A stretch of 44,707 nt of DNA from a virus (lineage: Duplodnaviria; Heunggongvirae; Uroviricota; Caudoviricetes), in the IMG/VR virus record IMGVR_UViG_3300010965_000004, positions 1 to 44,707 of that record, one strand, 5' to 3'. Every line of letters begins with the position of its first letter. Position 1 is the first letter of the stretch. Below are positions 16,241 to 25,189 of this stretch, in pieces. Below the pieces are notes generated by a model. The model was not told the DNA's origin, made no database searches, and was given only the letters and a program-made list of their open reading frames with translations. The position numbers and the translations under genes are program-made.

Positions 16241-17306
16241 ACCCCAAATGAACTCCAGAAGAGTCTATGTGCATGAAGTGTCCAGAGTAGTCTGCCTGTA
16301 TTCCTGAGGCGTTAAGATTTACAGTAGAACCACCAAACTTAACATTTACATGAGAAGCATCGAGAAGCACCGTTGAGTTCCCTCCGTGGTCTATTGTTAT
16401 AGATCCTGGAAGAATAGTAATTATTGAATTAGTCCCATTAGTTACGCTGGCTTCCCACTTAGAGTTATCGTGAGTAGTTGTAGTAGTTCCTCCATTGTGT
16501 ACTACAACCACAATCTTACCGTCGTCAGTTAGAACTTCGGTCATAAGCTCTGACCCAGCATTATTCTCTAAAGAGTATTTTCTGATACGAGAGTCTTTAG
16601 CTGGCAAAGTGATATCCGGGTTGGGGTCTCCTTTGAGAACTTCTCCAGCCGCTACGTCCCCAACAATATCTTTTAACTCATAGATGGAAACCTTTGATCT
16701 GTTTAAGTTTCTGTCCCAACCAATAAACTCATACATTCTACCACTAACATTGGCAATGGTTTGTTGACCAATATCCGACATTCTTTCCCAGTTTCTAGCG
16801 ACTACCCTAACTAAGTCATCAAACTTAGAAACAATTATTTGAGCTAGTGGTGAGGATTTTATCAATGCACTACCATTGGCTAGCATAGCAAAGATACCGC
16901 CACCTTCTGTTGTTATTACGTAATCACCAGGAGTGAAGTCAGAAGGTTTGTTAGGGTTAGCTGAATATCCGTTTCTCATGTCGCTGGAATTACCGCCGTC
17001 TACAGCTAATGTAGCTCCCGTAACGTTTGTTAATTCTGTTGTAGGTAACCCCATCCTAGGCAAGGAACCAATAATAATTGGGTAGGACAAGGAAGTAGAA
17101 ATAACTACCTGATCTCCCACATTGGGAGAAATATGCATACCCGATTTACCAGCTCCTCCGGTTGGGAGTAGCCATTGAACCTGGTCAAAGAATTGACCTT
17201 TCATTGTTTTAACAGAACAGACAAAACGTATAGGATCTACATTTGTTACAGTTCCTTCAATGAAGTTTGAATCATAAGAATGGGGTGAACTAAATAAACC
17301 TGACAT
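16239..17306 (-). CDS. Baseplate central spike / gpV-like protein
   Basis: N-terminal OB-fold pattern (GTVTNVD...VQWL...PNVGDQVVI...IIGSL) and C-terminal beta-helix repeats ending in His-rich HFMHID. Confidence 0.75.
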   Translation of the reverse strand: MSGLFSSPHSYDSNFIEGTVTNVDPIRFVCSVKTMKGQFFDQVQWLLPTGGAGKSGMHISPNVGDQVVISTSLSYPIIIGSLPRMGLPTTELTNVTGATLAVDGGNSSDMRNGYSANPNKPSDFTPGDYVITTEGGGIFAMLANGSALIKSSPLAQIIVSKFDDLVRVVARNWERMSDIGQQTIANVSGRMYEFIGWDRNLNRSKVSIYELKDIVGDVAAGEVLKGDPNPDITLPAKDSRIRKYSLENNAGSELMTEVLTDDGKIVVVVHNGGTTTTTHDNSKWEASVTNGTNSIITILPGSITIDHGGNSTVLLDASHVNVKFGGSTVNLNASGIQADYSGHFMHIDSSGVHLG

Positions 17307-17321
17307 TTGTAACCCTTAAAA

Positions 17322-17353
17322 AAAATACCCAGAGATTGCTCTCTAGGTATTTT
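17322..17353 (-). terminator. Intrinsic terminator after tail tube gene
   Basis: AAAATACC.AGAG / CTCT.GGTATTTT hairpin with T run on the minus strand. Confidence 0.65.
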
Positions 17354-17380
17354 AAAGTAAACTGCTTTTTTTAGCTAGTC

Positions 17381-18055
17381 TTAGTTCGTTAAACTCACAG
17401 GAACTGATCGGTCGAATTCAATACCAATGTTTTCCATGATTACTGGAGCTTGGGCTTGAATGTTAAAGTTGTAGCCACTGAACATACAATACTCGAGGTA
17501 TGTAGCAGATAGAATCTTACCTGATCCTCCATTACCACCACGAGTTTTAAACAAGATCATCAGACCAAACGGAACAGAGAAGTACTCAGAGTCCAAGTTC
17601 ATCATAATGTTCGGGTTAGGAGAGTCTGCACCAGGAGCCTTAGCCGCATCAATATCCAGCTCAGGTCTGTAAGTGTTTGTAGTCAGAGCCTTAAGGATGT
17701 TATGCTGGTCAGCCAACATCTTTGAGAAGCTAATACTTGAAGCACTCTTACCGCGTGTGAAGAAGCTACGGTTAGAACCAATTTCAAATAATCTTTGTAG
17801 TTGTGGGGAAGTCTGGAAAGACACTCCATCCACTAAACCAATCGGTAGCAGATCAGCTGTATTTCCACCTAGACCGGTGAAACGAGCAGGACCCGCAAAT
17901 AGTACTGTAGTGTCAGGCGTAGCAGAATATTGAGAGAAGCGTTCATAACCATCATCGGCTAATTTGCTAACGTATTCGCCTTTCCAGTCCCAAGCTGTTG
18001 AATAGCCGGATTCCTGGGTTGTACCTAACTTGTCGTCGTCTTTATTAATTGCCAT
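17381..18055 (-). CDS. Tail tube protein (putative)
   Basis: Downstream of the sheath; Q...QRLFEIGS and I.F.R patterns typical of contractile tubes. Confidence 0.65.
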   Translation of the reverse strand: MAINKDDDKLGTTQESGYSTAWDWKGEYVSKLADDGYERFSQYSATPDTTVLFAGPARFTGLGGNTADLLPIGLVDGVSFQTSPQLQRLFEIGSNRSFFTRGKSASSISFSKMLADQHNILKALTTNTYRPELDIDAAKAPGADSPNPNIMMNLDSEYFSVPFGLMILFKTRGGNGGSGKILSATYLEYCMFSGYNFNIQAQAPVIMENIGIEFDRSVPVSLTN

Positions 18056-18076
18056 GTTTTATTCCTTTTCTAGCGA

Positions 18077-18391
18077 TTACGCTTGTATTCTGTTTGCTTT
18101 CATCCTTGCTAGTCTGGCTCCAGCTCTAGCTCCACGAGTAGCTTCAAACGGGTATGGGGCCATTTTACCAAGAGATTTACTAGCTTGATCTCCAACTTGT
18201 TTTATTACAGAGGTCTTTTCAGATCCAGTTAAAACGCCAGCCATCCTAGGGCTAACAGCAGCATGTGTTTTATTATAAACATTATTGATAGCCGTCATAG
18301 GCTTACCAGAAAGGCCGTCAGCGACCTTCTGGGCAAAGTTTTTAACAACTGGATTGAGAGCTGCGATTTTCTCTAAATACTTATTAGCCAT
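18077..18391 (-). CDS. Small basic protein with NKYLEKIA tag
   Basis: Begins MANKYLEKIAA. Confidence 0.8.
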   Translation of the reverse strand: MANKYLEKIAALNPVVKNFAQKVADGLSGKPMTAINNVYNKTHAAVSPRMAGVLTGSEKTSVIKQVGDQASKSLGKMAPYPFEATRGARAGARLARMKANRIQA

Positions 18392-18404
18392 TTTAACCCA
18401 ATCA

Positions 18405-21050
18405 CTAGATGATCAAATGCAGATTTAAGTAGTTCAGTGGGTAGACAACAGAGATCTGTAGTTCCACATCCAGGTTATCCTTGTTGTAAGGATTCTGAGC
18501 TAACTTGTTGATCTTATAGCTCATTAACGGAGCTCCGATCTTAGGCAGCTTCTTGGACTTAACCAATTCCGAACTAGCAACGATACTCTGACGAATCGTA
18601 TTCATTGTATCAGGAGTGATGTTCCACGATCCGATAAAACCTTTCAGTTTGTCATAGTAGAAATAGCTCAAGAAGTCCCAGTTCTTAACAACAAGCATTT
18701 CTCTGTATTCAAGAACAGTTACATCAGTAGTCATTTCATGGCGAACGTAAGGAATTCCACCTTGGGTTTCTTGTACGAAGAGACAGGTTCCGCCTTCAGC
18801 GATTGTATTAAGATCAGCCTTGCTAAACGTGAAGTTACTATTCTTAAGATCCACAATACCAGCCACGCCGATGTTCGTAAAGCCTTGTTGAACTGGGAAG
18901 CCTGCGCCCATACCAGCAAGACCACAACATAGATAGTAACCAGGAAGATACTTGGTTACGCCACTTACGCTTACACCAACGATGTCAGGCTGAACGTGCC
19001 AAACACGATTAACTCCGAACACTTCGCTTGTAGCCTTAACATACTGAGCACTTTGAGTCTTGCTCATTGTGCGAGTAACGTAGTAACTAACTGCTGTTGA
19101 AGTCAGGGTTGTCGAGATAACAAGTTGTTGATTGGAAACAACTTCTAACACCTGGTGAGCACCAACTTGTCCAGCTGGGGTAGCAGCAGTAAAGAATACC
19201 ATATCCCCAGGAGCAACGCCATCCGAAAGGAAAGTTGCATTAGAAACGGTGAACACATACTTAGTGTTAACTAGGGTAACTGCATTGTTCCCGGCATTGG
19301 CGTTTACATAAGTTGAGCTGTATGGGCCAATGTTTTGAGTTGTTGGGATAGCAGTATTAACGATTGCAACTCTCCATGAAGCATTTTCAGGAGTACTTAG
19401 TTGTACAACGTGTGCCTTGAATGCAGCCAGGATAGACGTGTCTTGCGTTAAAGGAGTCAGGTAATACAGTCTTTCGCCTTCAGCGTATTCAAGAGCATTC
19501 TGATAACCAAGCAGATCATTGGAAGGAATACAGATAGCACGAATTCTTCCAGTTGTATTTGCAAGCGCAATTTGAACACCAAGGGCCAGAGGATTTTCGT
19601 CCGTAACATCACCCAGTTGACCTTGTAGGTCTAGTGTATCATTAATAGTCAGAACTCTATTGCATAGATCGGTACGTAGAGCTTTGTAACCAAAGTAAAC
19701 GTCTCCGCTTACTACTGGTCCGTATATTACTTCTGAGCCAGCATTAATTGTAACTTGTCCAAGGGTTCCAGCATTTGACGTATCAAAGTTTGATCCACCC
19801 GAAATAGGCTTAGTAGCTGCAAGTTGTTGATTGTTATAGGTCTTACGAACCGACATTGTAACTGCACGGTTAAACACCACAACTTGGGCACCGGCTACTG
19901 TCGTACCAGCAGCAACGTCTAAGGTAATAGTTAGAGAAACAACGTTAGTTACGTTGGCAATTAAGTCTGTACCACCAGCTCCAGCTCCACGAACCAGAAC
20001 CTTACTTACGTTCTGAGTAATACCCGCTGCAGAAGCAACGGTAAGAGCAAATAAGCCTGAGGTGATTCCACCCGTTGTTTGATAGCTGATATTGCTTGGG
20101 AACATGTCGGCTACAGTAACTGCCGAGATCGTTCCATTCTGACCTTGAGAGGTAACAACCTTAGTTACCTGAGAAGTAATAGTCTTGGCAGCAGCTGTGT
20201 TATCTGTATAGCTTAAGCTAACTAGATCACCAGGTTCTACACGTAGTGTGTTGGTAGTGCTGTTTAAGTTGGTTGGAATAACCTTATTTACAACTGCACC
20301 AGCAACCGTAGTTCCGGCGGCAGGAGTAACTGTCAACGTATTGCCAACAACGTTAGTAACTTTGGCGGTTAATAGGGCTCCAGCAGCACCGGCACCTGCT
20401 ACAGTAACTGAGTCACCAATTACAACACCAGCCGCAGAAGTAACTACCAGCGAATTTAACCCGGAAGTGATACCACCAGTTGTTGCTAAAGAGCGAACAG
20501 TTAAAACGTTATCAGTGTAGTAGCACTCAACACCAGTTGCTTGAGTTTCTACCTTAGCGTTATTTAACCAAGGTTTAATCGAAGCTGCGTCAATTACTTG
20601 ACCTGGCTTTTGACCTGGGAGAACGAAGATATTGCTTACCGTAGCATTAGCAATCTTACCGGTCTTGGTAACGGAACCAGGAGCATCGGAAGTTACAGTT
20701 GTTAAAGCAGCCGTGTCTAGGGTAATGATATTACCATTGATTAAGGTAATAAGAGCTTGAAGAGTAGTTCCATCGGCTCCAGCACCAATAACCAGAATGC
20801 TATCCCCAACAGTAAATCCGCCAGTTGAAACAACAGTAAGAGCCGTATCTCCAGCAGTGATATAACCTGTAGTCGAGGTAGTTGAGTAAGCAGCTGTCTT
20901 GATTTGGCTGACCGTTGAACCTGGAACATAAGTTAGGGTATTATATGTAGGACCAATGATACAAGCTTCTAGATCTGGAGTGGCATTCAACACACCCCCT
21001 GAGTTTAATAGGTCCTGGTATACAAGTACGCTTGGACGAACATATGACAT
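18405..21050 (-). CDS. Tail sheath protein with three inserted repeat domains
   Basis: C-terminal sheath core (PVQQGFTN, LNTIAEGG, VRHEMTT, VKNWDF, NKDNLDVELQISVVYPLNY); N-terminal half has 3 TTGxITxG...GAGAxG...AAxTTV repeats. Confidence 0.88.
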   Translation of the reverse strand: MSYVRPSVLVYQDLLNSGGVLNATPDLEACIIGPTYNTLTYVPGSTVSQIKTAAYSTTSTTGYITAGDTALTVVSTGGFTVGDSILVIGAGADGTTLQALITLINGNIITLDTAALTTVTSDAPGSVTKTGKIANATVSNIFVLPGQKPGQVIDAASIKPWLNNAKVETQATGVECYYTDNVLTVRSLATTGGITSGLNSLVVTSAAGVVIGDSVTVAGAGAAGALLTAKVTNVVGNTLTVTPAAGTTVAGAVVNKVIPTNLNSTTNTLRVEPGDLVSLSYTDNTAAAKTITSQVTKVVTSQGQNGTISAVTVADMFPSNISYQTTGGITSGLFALTVASAAGITQNVSKVLVRGAGAGGTDLIANVTNVVSLTITLDVAAGTTVAGAQVVVFNRAVTMSVRKTYNNQQLAATKPISGGSNFDTSNAGTLGQVTINAGSEVIYGPVVSGDVYFGYKALRTDLCNRVLTINDTLDLQGQLGDVTDENPLALGVQIALANTTGRIRAICIPSNDLLGYQNALEYAEGERLYYLTPLTQDTSILAAFKAHVVQLSTPENASWRVAIVNTAIPTTQNIGPYSSTYVNANAGNNAVTLVNTKYVFTVSNATFLSDGVAPGDMVFFTAATPAGQVGAHQVLEVVSNQQLVISTTLTSTAVSYYVTRTMSKTQSAQYVKATSEVFGVNRVWHVQPDIVGVSVSGVTKYLPGYYLCCGLAGMGAGFPVQQGFTNIGVAGIVDLKNSNFTFSKADLNTIAEGGTCLFVQETQGGIPYVRHEMTTDVTVLEYREMLVVKNWDFLSYFYYDKLKGFIGSWNITPDTMNTIRQSIVASSELVKSKKLPKIGAPLMSYKINKLAQNPYNKDNLDVELQISVVYPLNYLNLHLII

Positions 21051-21112
21051 ATTGATATTCCTTTAAAAAAGATAAGTTTCTTAAAACTTACCCATGAATT
21101 CTTTTCTACTTC

Positions 21113-21122
21113 TATTTTAACG
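21113..21122 (-). promoter_or_regulatory. Candidate late promoter CGTTAAAATA
   Basis: Intergenic motif about 60 nt upstream of the sheath gene. Confidence 0.5.
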
Positions 21123-21123
21123 C

Positions 21124-21720
21124 CTATTGATTTATAACTACACTCTCTGGAGTAATACTAAGAATAAAGTTCTTAAGACTAATGTCATCCGACTTGACTC
21201 CCCATTGCTCCTCTCTTAACCAAGGAATATTAATAGTACAAGAGAACAATTCAATGTCTTCTTTTCCTGGGGTACAGGTACTTATATTCAAAGGTAATCC
21301 AAACATTTTAAAACCGTGGGCGTTTGCAATCATAGGTGCAGTCCACGCTATAAAGTGTTGTGTTAAATCTACTACTCTTTCACAGGTTCCTTCGTTTCTT
21401 GCTTCCACCATCAACTGGGCCACTCCCTGCACAGTAACCATGTTGATATTATCTTTGCTTCCCTTTGCACTATAGATACCTCTTCCTTCAGCCAAGTTGT
21501 CCGTAAGACCAACTGGGTTAACGCTATACTGACCACGAGTAACCAGAATGCGAGGACGAGCTCCTATCTTGACTTTGTTGAAGTTGTTTATAGTATCAAC
21601 TTCGATTTGACTTTTCTTATCATCAAGATCCCATCGTAAATCTTCAGGTGCGTGATTCTCATAGAAAAATCTAAGAGGACGAACGATTAGGGCTGAGATG
21701 TAAGCGGGGGAGAATAGCAT
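21124..21720 (-). CDS. Putative neck/tail terminator protein
   Basis: Position directly upstream of the sheath and size; function inferred from synteny only. Confidence 0.5.
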   Translation of the reverse strand: MLFSPAYISALIVRPLRFFYENHAPEDLRWDLDDKKSQIEVDTINNFNKVKIGARPRILVTRGQYSVNPVGLTDNLAEGRGIYSAKGSKDNINMVTVQGVAQLMVEARNEGTCERVVDLTQHFIAWTAPMIANAHGFKMFGLPLNISTCTPGKEDIELFSCTINIPWLREEQWGVKSDDISLKNFILSITPESVVINQ

Positions 21721-22583
21721 TATAATTCATATCCCAAAGGCAATGCTTGCACCGCAAGCTTAAATTCTACATTTTCTTTTGCTAGTTCAACTAGTTCCAA
21801 TAACTGCCTAACTATCACAGTTTGTAACTCGGTTCCCATAATCTTCTCTACTCTATACATTTTCCAGTCAGGCACTCTTAGAATAATATCAAAAGCATCT
21901 ATATGTGGATAATTAATAGTCCAAGCCGTAATTGTATTTGATTCAACTTTCCCTTGATACCCTAGAGCCGCATTATTAGGGGTTTGATCATATTGAATCA
22001 AAGTTTCAAATCCTGGAAAATAACCTCCCTCAAACGAGGTTCCCATACATACAGGGCAATGATCAGTCTTTATCTGTTCTGTGTCTGGATTCCAACAAAG
22101 AGGGCAACGCTTACCAAAATTTCTGCGCTTAAATATAATAGACTTTATCCCAACAAACTTGGAGAGCAATAGGGACTCTCTCCTAATTATCTCAGAAGCT
22201 CTTAACTCAGTCCAACCAGAGCGAACGTTAGTCCAAGTAATAGCTGCAGATTTAATTCTTTGACCAGTGGGAAACAAACACTCTACAATATAATACCCAT
22301 TCTGGAACTTACTGAAGTCCATTGTTGTTATATCTTTGAAGTGATTCCCAATCAGGGGAGCTGGATTTAATTTTCTCCAAGGACCATACTCTGTTTCAGA
22401 ACGATAGACATCAAAAGTACAAGCTCCCCATTGTTCAGGGATAATCCACTCTACTACCATCTGCTTAAAAAAGACAGGGTATATAGATACCTTTAGATGC
22501 TTGGTTTCTACATTAGACGTTAAAGGTAATGTTCTGAAACCAGGGTAGTATCCAGGTTGATGAAATGAAAAGTTTAAGGACAT
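21720..22583 (-). CDS. Putative head-closure/neck protein with Zn ribbon
   Basis: CPLCW...CPVCMG; synteny with the neck module. Confidence 0.5.
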   Translation of the reverse strand: MSLNFSFHQPGYYPGFRTLPLTSNVETKHLKVSIYPVFFKQMVVEWIIPEQWGACTFDVYRSETEYGPWRKLNPAPLIGNHFKDITTMDFSKFQNGYYIVECLFPTGQRIKSAAITWTNVRSGWTELRASEIIRRESLLLSKFVGIKSIIFKRRNFGKRCPLCWNPDTEQIKTDHCPVCMGTSFEGGYFPGFETLIQYDQTPNNAALGYQGKVESNTITAWTINYPHIDAFDIILRVPDWKMYRVEKIMGTELQTVIVRQLLELVELAKENVEFKLAVQALPLGYEL

Positions 22584-22591
22584 TTAAACTC

Positions 22592-23029
22592 TCACCACAC
22601 TGGCATTCTCGAGTAGTCACTTTGAACTCCGCCCCATCCGTCTTCGATGTTCATTTGAAGTTTAAAGGATCTAGACATAGTATCAAAACTGGTACTATAC
22701 ATTTGGGCCAGGCTTTGGTAAAGTTGCATACGTTCTTCAACTGGAATCTGAAGTCCGCCATCGCTATAACTCATATGATTTCTAGCTAGTAAAGCCGCAG
22801 CTCCTTCATATAGAGTTCCCAATGTTCCATACATAAGTAAAGACTTAGAGGGGAAGGTATAGATAGTGGTTAAACCAATAGGAATAATCATGTCAAACTT
22901 ACCCATAGCCAATTCCATAGCTAGGGAAATTTGTGTAGGACTAAATTCCTCTCCGTCCAGAAGATGATTTTTGTCAATCTTGTCCTGGATAAATTCTCTG
23001 ACTTCTTCTGGACTTAAGACTGGTTGCAT
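22592..23029 (-). CDS. Putative head-tail adaptor protein
   Basis: 145-aa helical protein heading the neck module; function by synteny. Confidence 0.5.
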   Translation of the reverse strand: MQPVLSPEEVREFIQDKIDKNHLLDGEEFSPTQISLAMELAMGKFDMIIPIGLTTIYTFPSKSLLMYGTLGTLYEGAAALLARNHMSYSDGGLQIPVEERMQLYQSLAQMYSTSFDTMSRSFKLQMNIEDGWGGVQSDYSRMPVW

Positions 23030-23046
23030 TTTCTTCCTTTAAATAT

Positions 23047-23125
23047 TGGTAGCGGAGGACGGATTTGAACCGACGATCTCGGGCTTATGAGGCCAGCGGG
23101 GACGACCAAACTCCCCTACTCCGCA
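23047..23125 (-). tRNA. trnM: tRNA-Met (CAU), initiator-like, CCA encoded
   Basis: Cloverleaf TGCGGAG/CTCCGCT, D arm GGGG/CCCC, loop CT-CAT-AA, T loop TTCAAAT, ACCA end; U1-U72 mismatch. Confidence 0.88.
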
Positions 23126-23138
23126 CCTATTAGATTCT

Positions 23139-23246
23139 TGGCTCTGGAGCCTGGGCTCGAACCAGGGACCAACGGATTAATTTGAACACCCATGTAAATA
23201 GATGTTCCGTATCAGTCCGTTGCTCTACCACCTGAGCTACTCCAGA
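23139..23246 (-). tRNA. trnN: tRNA with Asn-type body and a 32-nt insert (23181-23212) splitting the anticodon
   Basis: TCTGGAG/CTCCAGA acceptor, GCTC/GAGC D arm, ACGGA/TCCGT anticodon stem, CCTGG-TTCGAGC-CCAGG T arm, G73-CCA; 108 nt minus 32 gives 76 nt. Confidence 0.85.
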
Positions 23247-23280
23247 ACAAAGAACCTAAGATTCTTTGTTATTACCTATT

Positions 23281-23643
23281 TTACTGTGCTGCTGCTTTCT
23301 TCCCCTTTTTAGCTACAACTTCTTCAACCACTGGAGTTTCTACAACTGGTTCAACCGTTGGGGTTTCTACTACTGGGGGAACTATTGCCCCTGGGAAAGT
23401 TAGTGAACCTTGAGGCTTAACATTTTCAAATTCAAACTTAGGTTCAAATGGAACTGCAGCAGGAATTGTTGCAGCTTCGTCTTCTTCGAAGATGTTTACC
23501 CAACCACGGTTAACAGCATCTACTACCTCTTGAGCGGTAGCCTGTGCTTCGGTGATATGTTTATGGCCCCCAATACCTAATGCAATAGTATTGTTTAAAA
23601 GACTTACATTAGCTGGTGAATTATTTACGATATATTTTGACAT
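23281..23643 (-). CDS. Hypothetical protein with Pro/Val/Glu/Thr-rich linker and basic tail
   Basis: 120 aa; VETP repeats; KKGKK end. Confidence 0.7.
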   Translation of the reverse strand: MSKYIVNNSPANVSLLNNTIALGIGGHKHITEAQATAQEVVDAVNRGWVNIFEEDEAATIPAAVPFEPKFEFENVKPQGSLTFPGAIVPPVVETPTVEPVVETPVVEEVVAKKGKKAAAQ

Positions 23644-23655
23644 TGGTTATTTCCT

Positions 23656-24087
23656 TTATTGTTGGTAGTTCTCATAGTATGTTGCAGGATAATTATTATC
23701 AGGGTGAGTCTCTTTGTACTTCTTGTGAGCAATCACTCCGCCAGCAACACCTGTACCAGCAATAATTCTAGCATCTATTTTCTGTTCATGCAAGCCTTTT
23801 AAATCTGTCCTCAATGAATTAGTGGCTTCCCTCTTAGCTTGTCCACTAATATCCTTGAATTTCATACCAGGATTTGCACTTTCTATCTTAGCTCTTAACA
23901 ATTGTTTTCTAGTAGATAAAGAATTGAACTTTTCTCCAAGTTGCATAATCTTTCTAGGATTAGCACCTTTTATAGTTTTGCCTATATATTCTCTTTGGCC
24001 ACCCCCTAAAGCAAGCATAGCTTTTCTACCAACGTATTTAGCAGCGTCGACTATTCCAGCAATTTTTTCCAAATATATATTTGCCAT
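23656..24087 (-). CDS. Basic protein with NIYLEKIA tag and C-terminal Gly-rich hydrophobic segment
   Basis: Begins MANIYLEKIAG; IIAGTGVAGGVIA. Confidence 0.8.
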   Translation of the reverse strand: MANIYLEKIAGIVDAAKYVGRKAMLALGGGQREYIGKTIKGANPRKIMQLGEKFNSLSTRKQLLRAKIESANPGMKFKDISGQAKREATNSLRTDLKGLHEQKIDARIIAGTGVAGGVIAHKKYKETHPDNNYPATYYENYQQ

Positions 24088-24118
24088 TTAATTCTCTTTC
24101 TACTTTCAAAATAAGGTC

Positions 24119-24184
24119 GGGGGCCCATTGCAGGCCCCCTTAGTGGTCAGTCAAGAGAGGGTAGGATTTGTGAAACGACTGACC
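24119..24184 (-). ncRNA. GC-rich two-hairpin structured RNA or leader
   Basis: GGTCAGTC/GACTGACC (8 bp) and GGGGGCC/GGCCCCC (7 bp) inverted repeats in an otherwise AT-rich intergenic region; strand assumed from the flanking late promoter-like motif. Confidence 0.45.
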
Positions 24185-24249
24185 GGAGGGAAATTCTTAA
24201 CTACTAATATTTTAACTACTTATGGATTATAAATCAACCACTCATTATG

Positions 24250-24258
24250 TGGTATAAG
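24250..24258 (+). promoter_or_regulatory. Extended -10 promoter (TGGTATAAG)
   Basis: Recurrent motif followed by the AGGAGCCAA RBS. Confidence 0.7.
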
Positions 24259-24293
24259 AAAGATGTAAGAAAACAACCTTTTAGGAGCCAACC

Positions 24294-24842
24294 ATGAAAA
24301 CAGAATTAGAACGTAAAGCCTTGGTTAAAACCTGGGCCGATCACGCAGTAGGTGGAATCAAGGAAAATACTCTTGACTTCGAGGAAAAAGCAGATTCAAT
24401 CATTTCCCAGATCGTATTAAAAGAGCATGTCATACAATATGCTCACGAGCAAGATATTGACTTGGGGGGTGGGGATGAGAATACAGATCATCGGTTATTT
24501 GCCATGAAATTGATGATTATGCACCTGGATCGTTTTGAAGTTCCACGTACCAGAGCAGTAGAAGTGATTGCCGCCTTAGGTATACACGACGGGGCGGAAG
24601 CTTTGGTAATGGCCGGAATTTTGGCCAAGCTCTTTGCAGACAACCAATCGACAAGAGTAGAATGTTTAAAAGCTAAACCCCTTGAAGTTCTGCTCAGTAG
24701 ACCTAACTTCGACTGTATAGAAAGGGGTACTATCTCCCAGGCGTATTTAAGAGGGCTATACACTAGCTCCTTGATTTATGACTCTGGGGTTAAGGTAAGC
24801 CTTCTGGATATTGCTAAAGCCTCTGATTTCAGAAAGGATTGA
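24294..24842 (+). CDS. Hypothetical protein
   Basis: 182-aa ORF with strong SD. Confidence 0.75.
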   Translation: MKTELERKALVKTWADHAVGGIKENTLDFEEKADSIISQIVLKEHVIQYAHEQDIDLGGGDENTDHRLFAMKLMIMHLDRFEVPRTRAVEVIAALGIHDGAEALVMAGILAKLFADNQSTRVECLKAKPLEVLLSRPNFDCIERGTISQAYLRGLYTSSLIYDSGVKVSLLDIAKASDFRKD

Positions 24843-24843
24843 G

Positions 24844-25074
24844 ATGGGCCAGGCTAAACGCAGGGGAACCTACGAGCAAAGGGTTCTGGCAGGGGAAGCG
24901 AAAGCAGAGCTAGCAGCTAAGGAACGTCAAAGGAAACTAGACGAGGCAGAAGCTGCTTTGACCCCTGAGCAAAAGGAAAAAAGGAAACGAGCTCGGCAGA
25001 CCCTAGCTACTGTCTTAGGGTTTGCTGTTGCTAATGCTGGGTCTTCCTATGTTCCAAATCTACGTAGACGGTAG
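24844..25074 (+). CDS. Small helical hypothetical protein (MGQAKRR...)
   Basis: ATG 1 nt after the upstream stop; ends before a terminator. Confidence 0.65.
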   Translation: MGQAKRRGTYEQRVLAGEAKAELAAKERQRKLDEAEAALTPEQKEKRKRARQTLATVLGFAVANAGSSYVPNLRRR

Positions 25075-25078
25075 CTAA

Positions 25079-25109
25079 GAAGGGCCAGTTAACCCTGGTC
25101 CTTTTTTTT
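25079..25109 (+). terminator. Intrinsic terminator
   Basis: AAGGGCCAG-TTAACC-CTGGTCCTT plus T run. Confidence 0.8.
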
Positions 25110-25118
25110 GCCTATTCT

Positions 25119-25127
25119 TGGTATAAG
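25119..25127 (+). promoter_or_regulatory. Extended -10 promoter (TGGTATAAG) of the metabolic/counter-defence operon
   Basis: Recurrent motif right after a terminator. Confidence 0.7.
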
Positions 25128-25189
25128 AATGTTGAAGAGCGGTATTTTAAAAGAGCCAAGTTACTACCCTTACATTTTTAGGAGGTTTT

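Noticed and set aside
23181-23212. Group I intron or canonical BHB intron in the tRNA
   Set aside because: 32 nt is too short for a ribozyme, it lacks the 5' U and terminal G, and manual pairing gave no canonical bulge-helix-bulge in either register.
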